NCBI GenBank assembly: GCA_030141605.1
Contig: JAQGDQ010000067.1
Coordinates: forward strand, 558,001-622,000
DNA: 64,000 nt
Source: Tubiluchus corallicola
Taxonomy: Eukaryota > Animalia > Priapulida
Reading direction: 5' to 3'
Shown: one piece after another, positions 12,501-26,365 of the stretch
How positions within the stretch are numbered: the stretch's first letter is position 1
Layout: each line of letters opens with the position of its first letter
The notes under the pieces: model-generated
The model's database searches: none
Seen by the model: only the letters and a program-made list of their open reading frames with translations
What the model was told of the DNA's origin: nothing
Program-made: the position numbers and the translations under genes

Positions 12501-15500
12501 ATCCCTTCTTTATTAACCAAATACTATAAAATTTTATTTCATGCTATTTTAGCCTTTCAGCATTTATTGAATGTTAATTGTAGCATTTCATTGATTTTAG
12601 AATATAATACTGTTTTTAACATTATGTAGTTTTTAATGTTTTATAAATAAAATTATATCAATTGATAATAACTCCCTTTTCATTCCTCGGAAAAACTTTA
12701 AAAAACACAAGCGTAAACTTGAAAATGCAAAGAAGATAAACCAAACAAAGGTAACTGTCTATGGCAGCGGTGGTGACAGTGAAATACTATCGTGTGCTTG
12801 CACATACAGATATTTTTATGCGAGGAATTGAAACGTCCGATGTCAAAGAATATATCAAATCAATGAATGTTGATGTAACTAACGTCACAAAGACTTCCGA
12901 TGATGATGCGCAATTTTGCTTCTTTAAAGCAACTATTAACCTGGACGATGTAAAGAAAGTGGATGGAGTACTGAATGGAAACTTTTGGTCTACAAATGTG
13001 GCTTGTAAAAGGTTTTATAAACCATGATCCAGAAAGGATAGCATACCAAATAACAACTAAAATGCTCTGCCCATGACTAAGCTTTTAACTGATAATAGCA
13101 CAGGGCTTGCCATTGACAGACAAATCTTTATTAAGGAACAATTAAAATCGGTTGATATACTCTTTTTGCAAGAACATTGGTTGCTTGACTTGCTGCTTGC
13201 GAATTCTCGGCTGCTCACAATGTTGTGTGCTTTTACTGATGTAGATTCTCACCATGAAATATTATCTGGCAGACCTTATGTTGGGTGTGCAATATTTTGC
13301 GACAAAACATTAAAAAATATTGAACCAGTTATACTAACATCTAAGCGAATTTGTGCAATGCTTCGCAAAGATGACAACATTGTGGCACTTATGGTAAACT
13401 CTTACCTGCCATATGATAGTGGAGGCATCAACTTAAGTGGCGAGGATAACGTTATCAAAGTTCTCAACAAAATCAAAGTACTATTGCAGCTACACAACCC
13501 TGATAATATTGTTTGGGGAGGTGACTTAAACTTGGATTTTGCTTGAGAAACGCCTCATGGCCGAGAAGTTTCAAGCTTTGTTGAGAGATGGAACCTGTAT
13601 CGCTGTTATGAATATTATTTAGCTAACGTTGATTTTACTTATTGTAATAATTTTTATATGAGTACATCCTCCATTGATCACTTTATTGTTAGCTTCGGCT
13701 TGATGGATTGCATTACAGATCACAGGGCCTGGCATATTGGTTCCAATTTAAGTGACCACTGTCCCGTAACTCGTTAATTGAATACAGACTTTTATTATGT
13801 GTTATAACAAAAACGATCAAACAACCGAAAATTGCTTGACATAAAGCCAACAATGGAATAATCCATTTGTATTTAAACAGTTTACGTGACATGCTCAGTA
13901 GCATTTCGGTTCCATGTAGCGACTTACACTGTAATAATCCCAATTGTCGAAGGCAGTGGTGATATCAATAGGTATTGTAATGACATTGAAAACTCATGTT
14001 TGGTTATCAGTGATAAATGCATTCCCAATACGAGTTGTAAAGATGACAATAACATAGTTCCTGGTTGGAGTGATCTTGTTGAGCCAGCACGTAACGCTGC
14101 TTTGTTCTGGTATCACATTTGGGTTAATTTTGATAAACCACATCAAGGCATTGTGTCTGAAATTAGACAACGTACTTGAACTCTTTTTCATTATAGGGTT
14201 TGTTACATCAAAAATCATGAGTAAGAAATGCATAAAACTAAACTAGCTGAATGTACCGCCAATAATGTTTAATGAATTGAATAAAGTGAAAGGTAACAAC
14301 ATTTTCACCTCTAGTTGTGTCAACGGGTTTACTGATAAAAGCGAAATTGCTGACTTGTTTGCGGGTGAATATGAATGGTTGTATAATATAGTTGGATACA
14401 ATGATGTTGATATGAAGCAGCTTCATGACGACATTAATTAAAAAGTCCTACCAGAGAGCCAAATGAATTACTTTCTGTTTGTGATTTAATTTATGCAGTT
14501 TATGATGTTATCTTATGGTACTGTACCACACAACCTTCTCTATTCAACTATGAAACCTATTACTAAAGAAAAACGTGCTAACATGTGTGACAAAAGTAAT
14601 TACAGGGGCATCACTTTGTCTTGTCCTCTAAGTAAATTTTTGGAGTAGCTTGTTATTTTAAAGCATTGGTTTGTGCTGTGTAGATCAGGTCATCAGTTTG
14701 GGTTTAAGTCGGGCCTCCTATTGTCTACTTCCATGTGTGCAATGGCCCTTAAAGAGACAATTAATCATTATATTAATAATAGGTCTGCTGTATATTGTGC
14801 AATGCTTCACGCTTCTAAAACTTTTGATAAAGTTAATTATTGTCGATTATTTAGATTACTTTGAATAAGAACTTATCCATTAATGTCATCCGGTTATTGT
14901 CAAATTTGTATGCACATTAACAAGCATGCACCAAATGGTCAGACATTGGATCTAGAGATATTACTATTTCCAACGGGGCAAGGCAAGGTGCTGTATTATC
15001 TCCACTGTTGTTTGGTATTTGTATTGATGGCTTGTTACAGAAATGAAGTGCGTCTGATATAGGATGCAAAATTGGTAGTATAGTAGGCGCCGCTTAATAG
15101 ACTCACTTTGGGACCGAAGTGTTTTGACCCAATTAATCGACTGAACCTATTAACCGATGGGTGTAGTATTGCAGCTATAGAAGTATAAGAAGTATAGAGG
15201 TTTTTAATAAATTTTAGAAACGAAGTAATGCCTAAATTCCTTTGTCCAGTTAAAAATTAGAAAACATGTTTTAAAATATTATTTATATAATTTATATAAG
15301 TGAATTAGCAATAAATTAAATACTATGCTTTTCTAAATCACAGACTTTTCTAAGTCTGTTTATTTGCCGAAATTATAAAAATTACTTCAAAGTCGGCTGC
15401 TTCATTTTTTTGGCCCACAAAGTTCTCGTAATTATAAAACTGTTTTGTGTAAAATTGCCCTTATTTTGCTGTACGATGTTTGCTCTTGTAAGTCACAAGA

Positions 15501-18500
15501 ATACCGGCTGATTGCTGTAGCTGCTTCTTTGACTGTTAACTCATTAAGCCTGAAAGCATGATTTGCAATGAGAGCTTCAAAAGGAAACCGCTAGGCAAGT
15601 GATCATGTATATTATAGGACAAAAGCGAACTAAAATGATATAAAAGTCATAAAAGTCTATTAGTCATGCGAAAGTGTCTTATTGAAGCATGTGAAGCAAA
15701 AATATTGAGTCAATTATGCGGAGTTATTTGAGTCAATTACCGATAGTTTTTATGTATATTTGAATAGAAGCGACCCATTCCAGGCGTTTTTGAGTCAATT
15801 AAGTGATTGAGTCTATTAACCATGAGTCTATTAAGTGGCGCCTACTGTATATGAAATTTTAAATTATTTGACCATTTGTTGAGACCAAAATGATAACGTC
15901 ATTGATGCTATTTTTTATTATTATTATTTTTCCTTTAACATATGCAGCTTGAACTAATTTATTGTAATTATTATCATTTGTTGTTTTTCCTTGTGTACTT
16001 ATTGTACCGTATACGAGTATAAAAATGGTATAAATAAAATAAATTATAATATTTATTTATTTATGTGGGACATTGCTGTACACCAGTGAGTTGAAGATTA
16101 TATTTTTATCAGGTTAAGGAGACAGCCAATCGTGAAAAACTTTCTAAAAGTCTAGATGTGGAGCCGTCAAACTCTTTTCCTGTTTTAAGTGCACTTTTAC
16201 GAAAATTGGCTACTCACAGCAGCCATAAAAACAACAGCATTGGCAAAAACGGAACTTTGGTAAGATGAATCTGTTAATATAATGTAATGCGTATATATAA
16301 ATTATATGTATATGTTAAGTACATATTAAATATATATTAAAATATTTTTAAATATTTTATTAAATATGTTTTTTCATTTAAGCTATGTTTTTGACTTAAC
16401 AATTTACAGTCTTCACTCAAATTTTGAAATAAGTAATTGAAAATAATAATTCTTGTACTCAGCAGTATTACTTGCCAAACTTGAAATAATGTTTTTACAA
16501 AGGCACTTTATTGTTTCAAGAATGAGTATTAGATCTATGGCAGTACATTTTCACATTATTGTAACAAGAACAAAAACACCAAAAATCACAAAAAATGCAA
16601 CTGAAAAAGCAAGTGAGTTTAACTCTTAGATATGTATTATTGTTTAGAACTTTTGTTTCTTCAGTGTTGATATTTCAAATTATATTTAATATTTTTATTC
16701 ACTCTGCTTTTCAAAGGATGATTTTGAAGATGAGGTTTGTAAGAATTTAGTAAATTTTGCATGATTTTATTATTTTATTTTATTTTTATGTATGAACACC
16801 AGACCTTTTAATTTTCAGCAGTTCAGCAGCATTTTTACTCTTCCTTCAGAAAGATTTTTGATTTCAATTAAAGATTTTTTTCAAAACGTTTTATTGTTGT
16901 GATAACTGGGCTAAATTGTTTTATTTCAGCAATATGTTTGACAACCATAAATGTTAACATTCCAAGCTTGAGAAAAAAATCTTTTAAATGTTTCTGATAA
17001 TTTATAGTGGCTGCAGCTTAGCTGTAATGTTAGAAGTTGCAAGAAATATAGCTCAAGCGTGTACTATAATGTATATTATTTTCTTTTATTTCCTTTCAAT
17101 TGTTTTTCAGACTACACCATCATTTTCTTTAAGTGTAGATGATAGTGCAGAAGCAGCTAACAGTTCTGCCGCAAAGACGAGCCGTAAGTAAACACACGAA
17201 GTGCCTTTATAACTTGCTGCTATTTGCTTTTAATCTGTGGATACAATAAATGTCGGTTTCTGAATTTTGCAGTGTGGTTTATAATTCAGGATGTGACTTT
17301 ATGTCGTTTTGTTGAAACTTTGATTTTAGTTGATTAATTCTGTCTGTGTTGTATGTGATTAGAACAGGTTTTAAACTTGACTGTTAAGTGCATAATAGAT
17401 AGAACCAATCCGTATTTCTTGAACCGAGGGAAAATTCATATATTTGTAAACATAGTAATCATCCTTTCCTTATACCATGATGAACAAACCAAAAAATGTT
17501 TGATCAAAATCTATGGATTGTCTCAGTGAAAAAACAGATTTCTAAGAGAATTTTGGGAGAAAATTCTGAATAAAAGCAACTCAGGGAAAACACTAATATG
17601 TTACAGTTCTGTACCTAACGTATTTAACATGTAGAAACTTGCTGTCTCATAGTAAATGTTCTGTGCATTTCAGTATCAAATCATGTCAGTAACTAAGTGT
17701 TTAACTTTCTTGATGGCACTGAATGATAAATGTTTGCTTTCCAGATCTTGATACTGTGGGAAATGAAACCAGTGAAAGAAGTAAAGGAAGTAAGTAGAAA
17801 ACCAGTGAACATACTTTTAAGCACTGTTTGGACTTTGTAAATGTGTGCTGAATGTAAAATTGGTAAGCCTGTCAGTAGCACTTGTGTCATGAAATGCATC
17901 TAGTAAAACAAGTTACTTGAAGAAACAGTAACATGTGGGTGAGTGAGTTATGCAGAATGAAAGCATAAAAACATGAAAGTGGGTACTCGAGCAGCAGTTT
18001 CTATTGTGTAGAGTTTTAACAAATTCAGTTAGCTAAAGTACTTATAATTTTTTCCTTTGTCTATGGAATATTGTTCACAATAGTTTATGTATGTATTGTT
18101 ATGTGAGTATTGGGACATTCAATACTGACTGCAGTTTATTATTTGGGTTGTTTGTTTCTCCTCCAAAAAATGTTTACGTTGAATTGTTCGCCTTTATGAC
18201 CGAACCACAATTTAATTAATTAATTATGCAAAATCAATTATAATTCATATTTCCTTTTATTTTTTTTAAATAAATTATCTTTATATCGTTATTTCGTTCA
18301 ATAAATTCATCGTAGGTGCCGCTATACTTAGTGCTCATATATTCACAATGTCTTGTGTGTAGGGGCGCACAACTTTAATATACAGGTCTTACGACGAATC
18401 CACCGGAACGTATTGTGATTATAAATTAATGACTACCTGTAGATCGTGAACCAAATGGGAAATATCAGATTTAGTTAGAAATTTAATTCTTTTAATATTC

Positions 18501-21500
18501 ATTTGTTAATTTTACAGTAAGGTTTGGATGTTAATAGATTGTCTGATTGGAATATTAGACTTTAGTTTCATGGTTTCATTGTTTTATGGTTTAAGACTAA
18601 GTTATGTGCTACTGATACGTTTTTTTTGCATATTGATGTAAGCATGTCCTGCATAAACATAAGTTATCTACATCTGATATTTTTAATAATCAACATGAAT
18701 TCTGCATATATTGGTCTTTTTCCACAACTTTTTGCAACAGGTTGTAGAATGTCTGGTTGTTTTCTGTTCTAAACTGCTGGTGAGGTTTTTTATACTTGCT
18801 AGATTGTTATTGTTGAAGTCTTTTAATTTTAGATGAAGTAAGCATTAGTCAGAAGAGTATACAAGATGTGAGTACTCACAGTGGTAAAAACTCAACATTA
18901 TCTAACTCAGGCCAAAGCAGAGAAAGCAAAAAAGCAGGTATCAAAAAGATAAACTTTGCATTTTTATCTAACAAGGAACTATTGTTAGAACAATTTTATC
19001 TATTCAGGATGCAGGTTGTCTCCTTACAAGCTTAACGCAACCTTTTTGGTCACTTCACGTGTTTTGGCTGGTGAAGGATAACTAACCAGTTTTATTTAAA
19101 ACAGTCAACCCTTGGGGCCTGAGTGGGTGTATGGGTGTACAGTAGTTCGATTGTTCTTATCTCTAAGCATTTAAATTATGGGTTTGAAGCTGTGTCAACC
19201 ATTATTTGGCAGAGGGTGTTTATTTAAGTCATCGCAAACCAGATCAATGGCTCAAATAACCTTTTCAGTTACATTAACTGATAATTTCGGTGCTCTCATA
19301 TGAATGCTGTTTGTTGAATATGGTGAAATATTAAAGATGAGCATCACAAATATAAGCACCACAGGGCTTCAGTTTTTTTTACCTGGCCTGATAGAACTGA
19401 TAATGTAATAAATGCCCGATATGCATATTGTAACAAAAATCTATGCATAATGTAATAAAAAATGTGATCTCAAAGTTTAACATATCGTAACACCCCAGCA
19501 ATGCATAATGTAATAACAAAAATTCTAACCGATGATGTGGTAACTAGAAGAATTAATGTAACCTTGTATAATTTTCTTATAAATAGTAAAGTAATTTTTA
19601 TTTTTTGGAATACGAAAGTGGTGCTCATTATTAAGCCAAAGTTTCACGACCAGACTTTTGCGAGCAACAAAATTTCTCCAAGTCCCACATTTGTCAAAAC
19701 GTTTCCTCGACTGTGTTTTGTCGCACATTATTCGTACAAAGTTCTCTACATTTTTTCGAATTACAGGCTTTTTTCTCGAGTGAAAATCACGAGAATGTCA
19801 CACGAAATTCTCACTACATGTTTGCGATTTCTGCGACACATCACATTCGCCTTGTCGAGTGTATTGCGATCATTTCATGACAATTTTGTGGAATTTTCGT
19901 AGAAAGAAGTGCAGGATAACCATGGTTCATAAAAATGCTGCAAGATGGGCACAAAGTCGCCGCAAAATTTTCGCCAAGTTTTTGTGAATTTTGAAATTGT
20001 TGACGAATATCGCTAATAATTCGCAAGAAATTTGCACACGTTTCGTGCATGTTACAAGAACTCCGACGACAAGCTTTAAACATTTTCAATTTTTTTCGAA
20101 GCCGGCAACCTTTTGACAACAATACGAACACCCACGAAAGTTTTTTGATTGTTTGGCGAACTTTTGGCATGTTTGGTGACTGTTGAACATTCAGACATTT
20201 TCAGATAGTCCCCGAAGTCTTGAACCCCATCAACTTCTGTGCTTTTTCGCTCACATAGCTTCAACAATTATAACAGCTCATGAAGTAATCAACTGCACAG
20301 ACTTTGCAAATTTGCAGGTAAAAATCACCATGAATTCGGCGATAGGTGATTACAAAAACTCGATTACAATTAAATTCAATGAATAGTTAACAGATCAGCA
20401 TGTGTTTTAGGCTTGTTGGCTTCCTGCATTTATAATGTTGTATATTTTGTAAAGGAATAAATATGAGCAGCTACCTAAACAAGCAGGTGTGAACAGGCCA
20501 CTCAGTAAAGGCCTACACTAGGCCTGTGTGCCTTTAGGCCATTGAAGGCCAAAAGACCATCATTTAACTTTGCACTTATGTTACTCAAGACGGAAGAATC
20601 ACCTACAAAGATGGTGGCCAGTGGTCATAGTCCTATCAGTTGTCTATCCAATAAGGTGGCTCATAAGTGGCTGATGCCTGACAAGGGTTGCCACACTAAG
20701 GCCATTTCTCCAAAACCATGTTGGTGCTATGAAAAATATATGGGACAAGGGTATAGACGCCACTAAACCTGGGAAGCCATAACTCTTGAAGGAAGCCTTT
20801 CAGAAAGACATGACTAACACCTCATCATGACCCGTGCCCACCCTGTCATAACTGCAGGACACTGGGCGTATGAAAGCCATAATTTAATGGTACCGTTATT
20901 TAACTTTACCCTTATATTTCTCAAGTTAGAAGCACCACATACCAAGATGGCTAGTCCTTTTGATTGTCTGTCCAATGAGGTGTCATGCAGATGCCACCTA
21001 TAAAAGGTTGCATTATTACTACACTTGTTGGCATTTATTTACATATACAAGATGGCGAGAAGCTGACATCTGAAGGTTGTGGCCCACTGAGATCCTTAGT
21101 TATGAGGTCGTACAGTACTGGGCATTTACTATCTTCATTCACATTTTGGTGGCTCCATGTGGAGGAAGATTTAAAAGTTATCCACAAAATCGTCACAAAA
21201 CCACAAAAAAACTAATGTTAATTCTGGCGAACCATACCACTAACAAACAAAAACAATTTGTTTGTGGATAAAGTTTTAACGTAATGGAAAATTTTTACTG
21301 GTAAAATGTATGAGTGGTGAACGATACCACTGGTGAGCCATACTCGTGGTGAACTAAAACATTTTTTTTAAAGTAATAAGGTAATAACATATAGCAAAGA
21401 AATTGTGCTGACGAGCTGTACTAGTTGTGAATCATACTACTGGCAAACCGCAATAGTGGTGAACCATATCATTGGCGAACTGTATTAATGGTGGCAAACC

Positions 21501-24500
21501 ATACCATTGGCAAACTGTACTAGTGGCTAACTGTAATAGAGGCGAACTGAACTAGTGACAAACAGTCAAGTAGCGAAAGGGAGGATACCATTCCCACATC
21601 CTTACACCACTGGTACGAAGCAACATTACTTCAGCTAGTTATTGCATAAATCAGTTTTTTATTACTTTATGCATTTTTGTGGTGTTTCAATATGTGTTAA
21701 GCTTTTATTACATTATCAGTTAGTTTTTACGTTATGCGTTGATTTTTATTAAATTTTGCGTTAATTTTTTCCATTATTACATTATCAGTTGTAACATTGC
21801 ATATGCAAATTAGTTCATTTATTGTTATCATGAAATTGTGTATGTATTTGCTAAAGGATTACAACACATCACTCTTAGAGTACATAATATGAGGAGTAGC
21901 TAAGCTGTTACTGTAGAAACAATGAAGAAACAATGAAATTTTCTTTAGTTGGTGTTATTAGAGCTTCTAGTATATAAGCCTCAATTCACAACAGTTTTTG
22001 TTTTGTGACAAAGAAAAATATCTTATGTACATGCTATACTTTATAAATAGAAAAACAAACAAGTTGGTTGCTTTGACTAGAGAGGCAAGCCAATTTAGTC
22101 ATCTGAATAAATAAGATAATTGAATTTATTGCACAACGAAAACATTTGCTGGATAAAAATTGCTTTTTATGCAGTTTTCCACTCCCATAGATTGTTGTGG
22201 CAGAATTGAAACCAGCACTAACAAGAGTAATCCACAAGTGTGAAAAACTGAATCTGCATAGGGGTCCTTGTCCGGGTTTTGGATGCTTTTGCACATCACT
22301 CTAAATTGTGAACATCAAGGTCAAACGTCGTGAACAATACAGAAGTAACCCCGAAGCAGATTGTTTAGTGGTCATCTATCAGTTTGTTTAACATAATTAG
22401 CAATACTTAAATTTGTCACAAAACACAAACCCTTAATTATTTTTTACCCCCCCCCCCCTAGAATGGTATGTTTATCCCATAGGCCTAAATTGTTATATGA
22501 ATTTCAGACTTGGATACTGGAAAATGTTCTGAAAAGAGCAATGACAATAATCAGGCTGTGGACACAAATGAACCACTGAACAGTGTGAAAAACGACATAG
22601 TGGCTGTTACTAATAATGGACCACCTGTTGATAAAGTTGCAGAGGCAGATGATACTTTTCATAATGAAGGTGATATACTTCCACAAGAAAGGCGAGCATT
22701 TGAAGAGGCTCTTAATGATAGTTTTATCGATAATCATGATGATTTTTTTGATGACATTGGACAAGATATTCCAAATTTCAGGTAACATTTTTTGTTTTAC
22801 TGATACCATATGTGAGTATAACATCATTAAAGCAAACATGCTAGAGACCTAAAAAAGAACTCTATAACTGAGGTACTTTATAGGCATATTCTGTTAATTT
22901 ATTTAACTAATTATGTATTAATTACTATGGAAAAGCATGAATTAAATGAGAATGTAAACTCACAAAAGTACTTTTAGAAGATGCTATCAACTACGTTGCA
23001 GCAGAAGTAAAAAAAAATCAAATGAAAACTAATTTACTTATTTACATTCACAATCAAGATCTTGCTGGAAATCTGCAACTTGTCTTGTTTCGCTTATGTG
23101 AACCACTTCAATAGTACTTGATCAAGTTCTCAAAATGCTGTTAATCTTATTCATTTTCTTGCTCATAAAACGCTGCATTGACTTTCAAAAGTATCAACTA
23201 TTTTTTGTTGATCATGTTTCACATTATAGTACTAACAGTACTTTTTGCCAAATTTCCTACTTTGCAGACTACTGCATTTTATCACGACTCACTTCACATA
23301 TAATTTCATATTTATAAGAAAGAGACAGCCCCTTTCTCTTTTCGTTGCTCAATGATATGATTGTTATCTGACGTCTATATACGTTGCTGACCACATGTTA
23401 CAAAATCATTATAAATCTGCATGGCAGCCACTGAATGACTCATTGATTGTTTTTATGCAGTAGGTAAAATAACGTCTCCACATGCTGTATGCCCAACAAC
23501 ATTATCACATTATTATCAGGAATGGCAGGTTGTCGTGGTTAACTAAGTTTAAATTTCAAATAAAGATAAGTGCAAATCGAACTCAAATAATTAAACTTTT
23601 GCAGTGTAAAGTAAGAAAGAAATATCTTAATTACCCTAGATCATGATGTACCTCAATATGAGCCTAATCAGTTTAACATCGGATTAAGAGCAAACTGATT
23701 GTTGTTGGATGCAGTTGACATTATGGATTGCTACATTCACATTTAATTCATGAGTTGTCGCAAAAAAAGTAATGCAACTAAATTTAAAATGTTAAAAAAT
23801 TAAAAAAGCGTTGAAAAGTTTGACATTTTTAGGGAGCTAAAAACTCCATCATTGATTGGCAACCTCTCTGTCCCAGAATCGAAAAATTCTGGTCTTCTTC
23901 TTCTTGGTGATCTCCCACCAATTGGGAGGACGGTTCCACTTGTTGAGCAGCACTTTCCAAGTTCAAGTGAAAATGGTATGTTACATTTTTATTATTTAGT
24001 GTGAAATCAACATAAGCACCCTACACCTGTATTCAGCATTACAGTGAACTTTGAATCAAACTGAATAAATGCTCCAAGCAAAATAATCCCAAACATATTT
24101 TTAAAGGAAAGCCAGACCCAGCCAGAGTATAGCTCAAAATACTGAAAGAGAACGTACTAGTTTTTCAAAAGTGACTTACATGAAAGAATTGTTACCACAG
24201 ACATAATTTCATCTTCGTATGGCTAGTTCTTCGATGTTACATGCATGTCACCATTCACTAGTTTGACAGGCACTAGTGCCTGCATTATGTGGGTGTGTTG
24301 CGCAAAAACAGGTGCTGTACTTCTAACTTCGAAGGTGTTTGATTGTGATGTGGTACACACATTCGAGAGCTAATGCAGGAGCACAGTGGTAAACTTGAAA
24401 TTTGAATGTAAAACTTAAAATTGGCGAAGATTTTGTATATAACACTGAATGTTGTAGAGTAGCACTGTACACTAATTTTGGCTTTCACAAACATGTGCAG

Positions 24501-26308
24501 CACATGGAATTTTGTGTTGTTGATAATTTGGTTCATTTGTGATGTGACAGCTTAAAATTAAGTTTTTAACCTATTATATAATTTTCAGAAATTTTTAGCA
24601 TTATTATCGTTAAAATATATACTTTTCTCGTACTCCAAAATGGAGTAGGTTATGGGTGGGAAACTAACCTCAGTTTGCACAAAAGTGCATTTTCTGTTGA
24701 ACAGTTTGTAAGCCCTGTTTTCCGTTTTTTTTAGTAAACAGTATAAAAGTTGCAATGTCAGGTTACCTACAGTCTAGCCAGTCAGATTACCTCTTTTGAA
24801 TTTTTGATCTTGTATTCTCTAGTGTTTCTTGTAGTTTTTAGCTTTTTGGAATTTTTTTGTTAATTGTTATTAATTTTATAAGTAGTAATCCTTAATTAGT
24901 AGCCAGAAATTATATAGCTGCCTTGATTGTTTTACATGATTATGGCTTTGGTGAACTGATCACAGTTGTCGTACTATGATTCTACTATGGGATCAACTTT
25001 TTCAATATTAATGACTGAGTTTATTTGTGAAATAAAAGAAACGGGAGTTTTTTTGGGCAGGATTCATATTTTTTATCAACTCACTTGTTAGCTGAATTAA
25101 AGAATGAGGTTACATGACATGGTTTATTCTTCTGTTATTTCCATCCGATATTTCGTTACATTGCTTGAAACACATGCTTGTTTTATATTTTCTTAAATTT
25201 CTCATTCAGGTTATTGAACGTTTGCTTTTATTCATTATTTTGTTTAAAATTTTCTAGTCGAATTGAGCTCCAAGAGGCAATATGATAATCAAAAGGGCTT
25301 GGAGAAAATTGACAAGAAGATTAATGAGTTGGGTTTTGGTAAGTTGCAGATTAAAACTTATTTGTCTTAATTCGTAATTCTGACTGATACATGTATTTTT
25401 TAGAAACTAATTACTAAAAGTAAAATACAAAATGTGTCGATGTGATAAGAGAGCATTTTAGTCTTAACTAAGATTATTTTCTTTTACTAAGACAGTAAGT
25501 TGAAATTTTGAAGTTGCTGAAAACTGCACCAGGTTATCATTCAAATTTATGTGCCCTATTAATAGTTTTATTTACTAGTGAATTTTGACTGCTATACCTT
25601 TTTATGTTTGAAAGAACTAGGGTAAGATTTTTACCTTCATTATTTCTTAACAATAATAATGGTTGGGTAGCTGTAGTTCAAGCATTGTGTAATTCACCTA
25701 GCTATTTAAAGAAGTATAGTAGCATAATTTTTGCTCTTAATTAGCAAAGTTCAGCAATGCCCTGCCTAGACAGTAACTGGATGGATGACTGCCAGGAAAA
25801 CTACTATTGAGTGATTCCATCTGCCATCGGTTCATTTGGCTTTTTACCTCATTGAAGAAGCATAAAAGAAGGTGCATAAGTATTGTTTTAATGTACTTTA
25901 TAAAATTTAATGATATGTCCTTGTTTCTGACTTTGTAGAAACTTCTGGTGAAAATTTGTATGATGAGGACTTCTCACCCTTATCTACAAGCATTTCACAA
26001 AACTCTCAGAGCCAAAAAAGCCACTCTAAAAGTGAGAAAAGTGCACAGTCATCAAGTGCAAGGTTGAACTCTAGAAGTGAAAGTGAAGCATCTAGGAGTG
26101 CTCGGTCTCAAAGTAAAAAATCCAAGAACGGGTCCAAGGTTAAAAATTCTGCAAAAGAAGCTACAGCATCTATTGAAATAGAAGAAGAAATTGCCGAAGA
26201 AATTGATGAGCTAGATATGGATGATCTTTTCAACAGTGATATTGGAGTGAGTAACCGTAAATACTAACTAGTATCAAATCAAACTGGCTGTGGAAGGTAA
26301 GGCAAAAT

Positions 26309-26365
<57 letters not shown>

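Noticed and set aside
18938-18947. Donor gtatca as a possible U12-type intron
   Set aside because: It lacks the GTATCCTT consensus.
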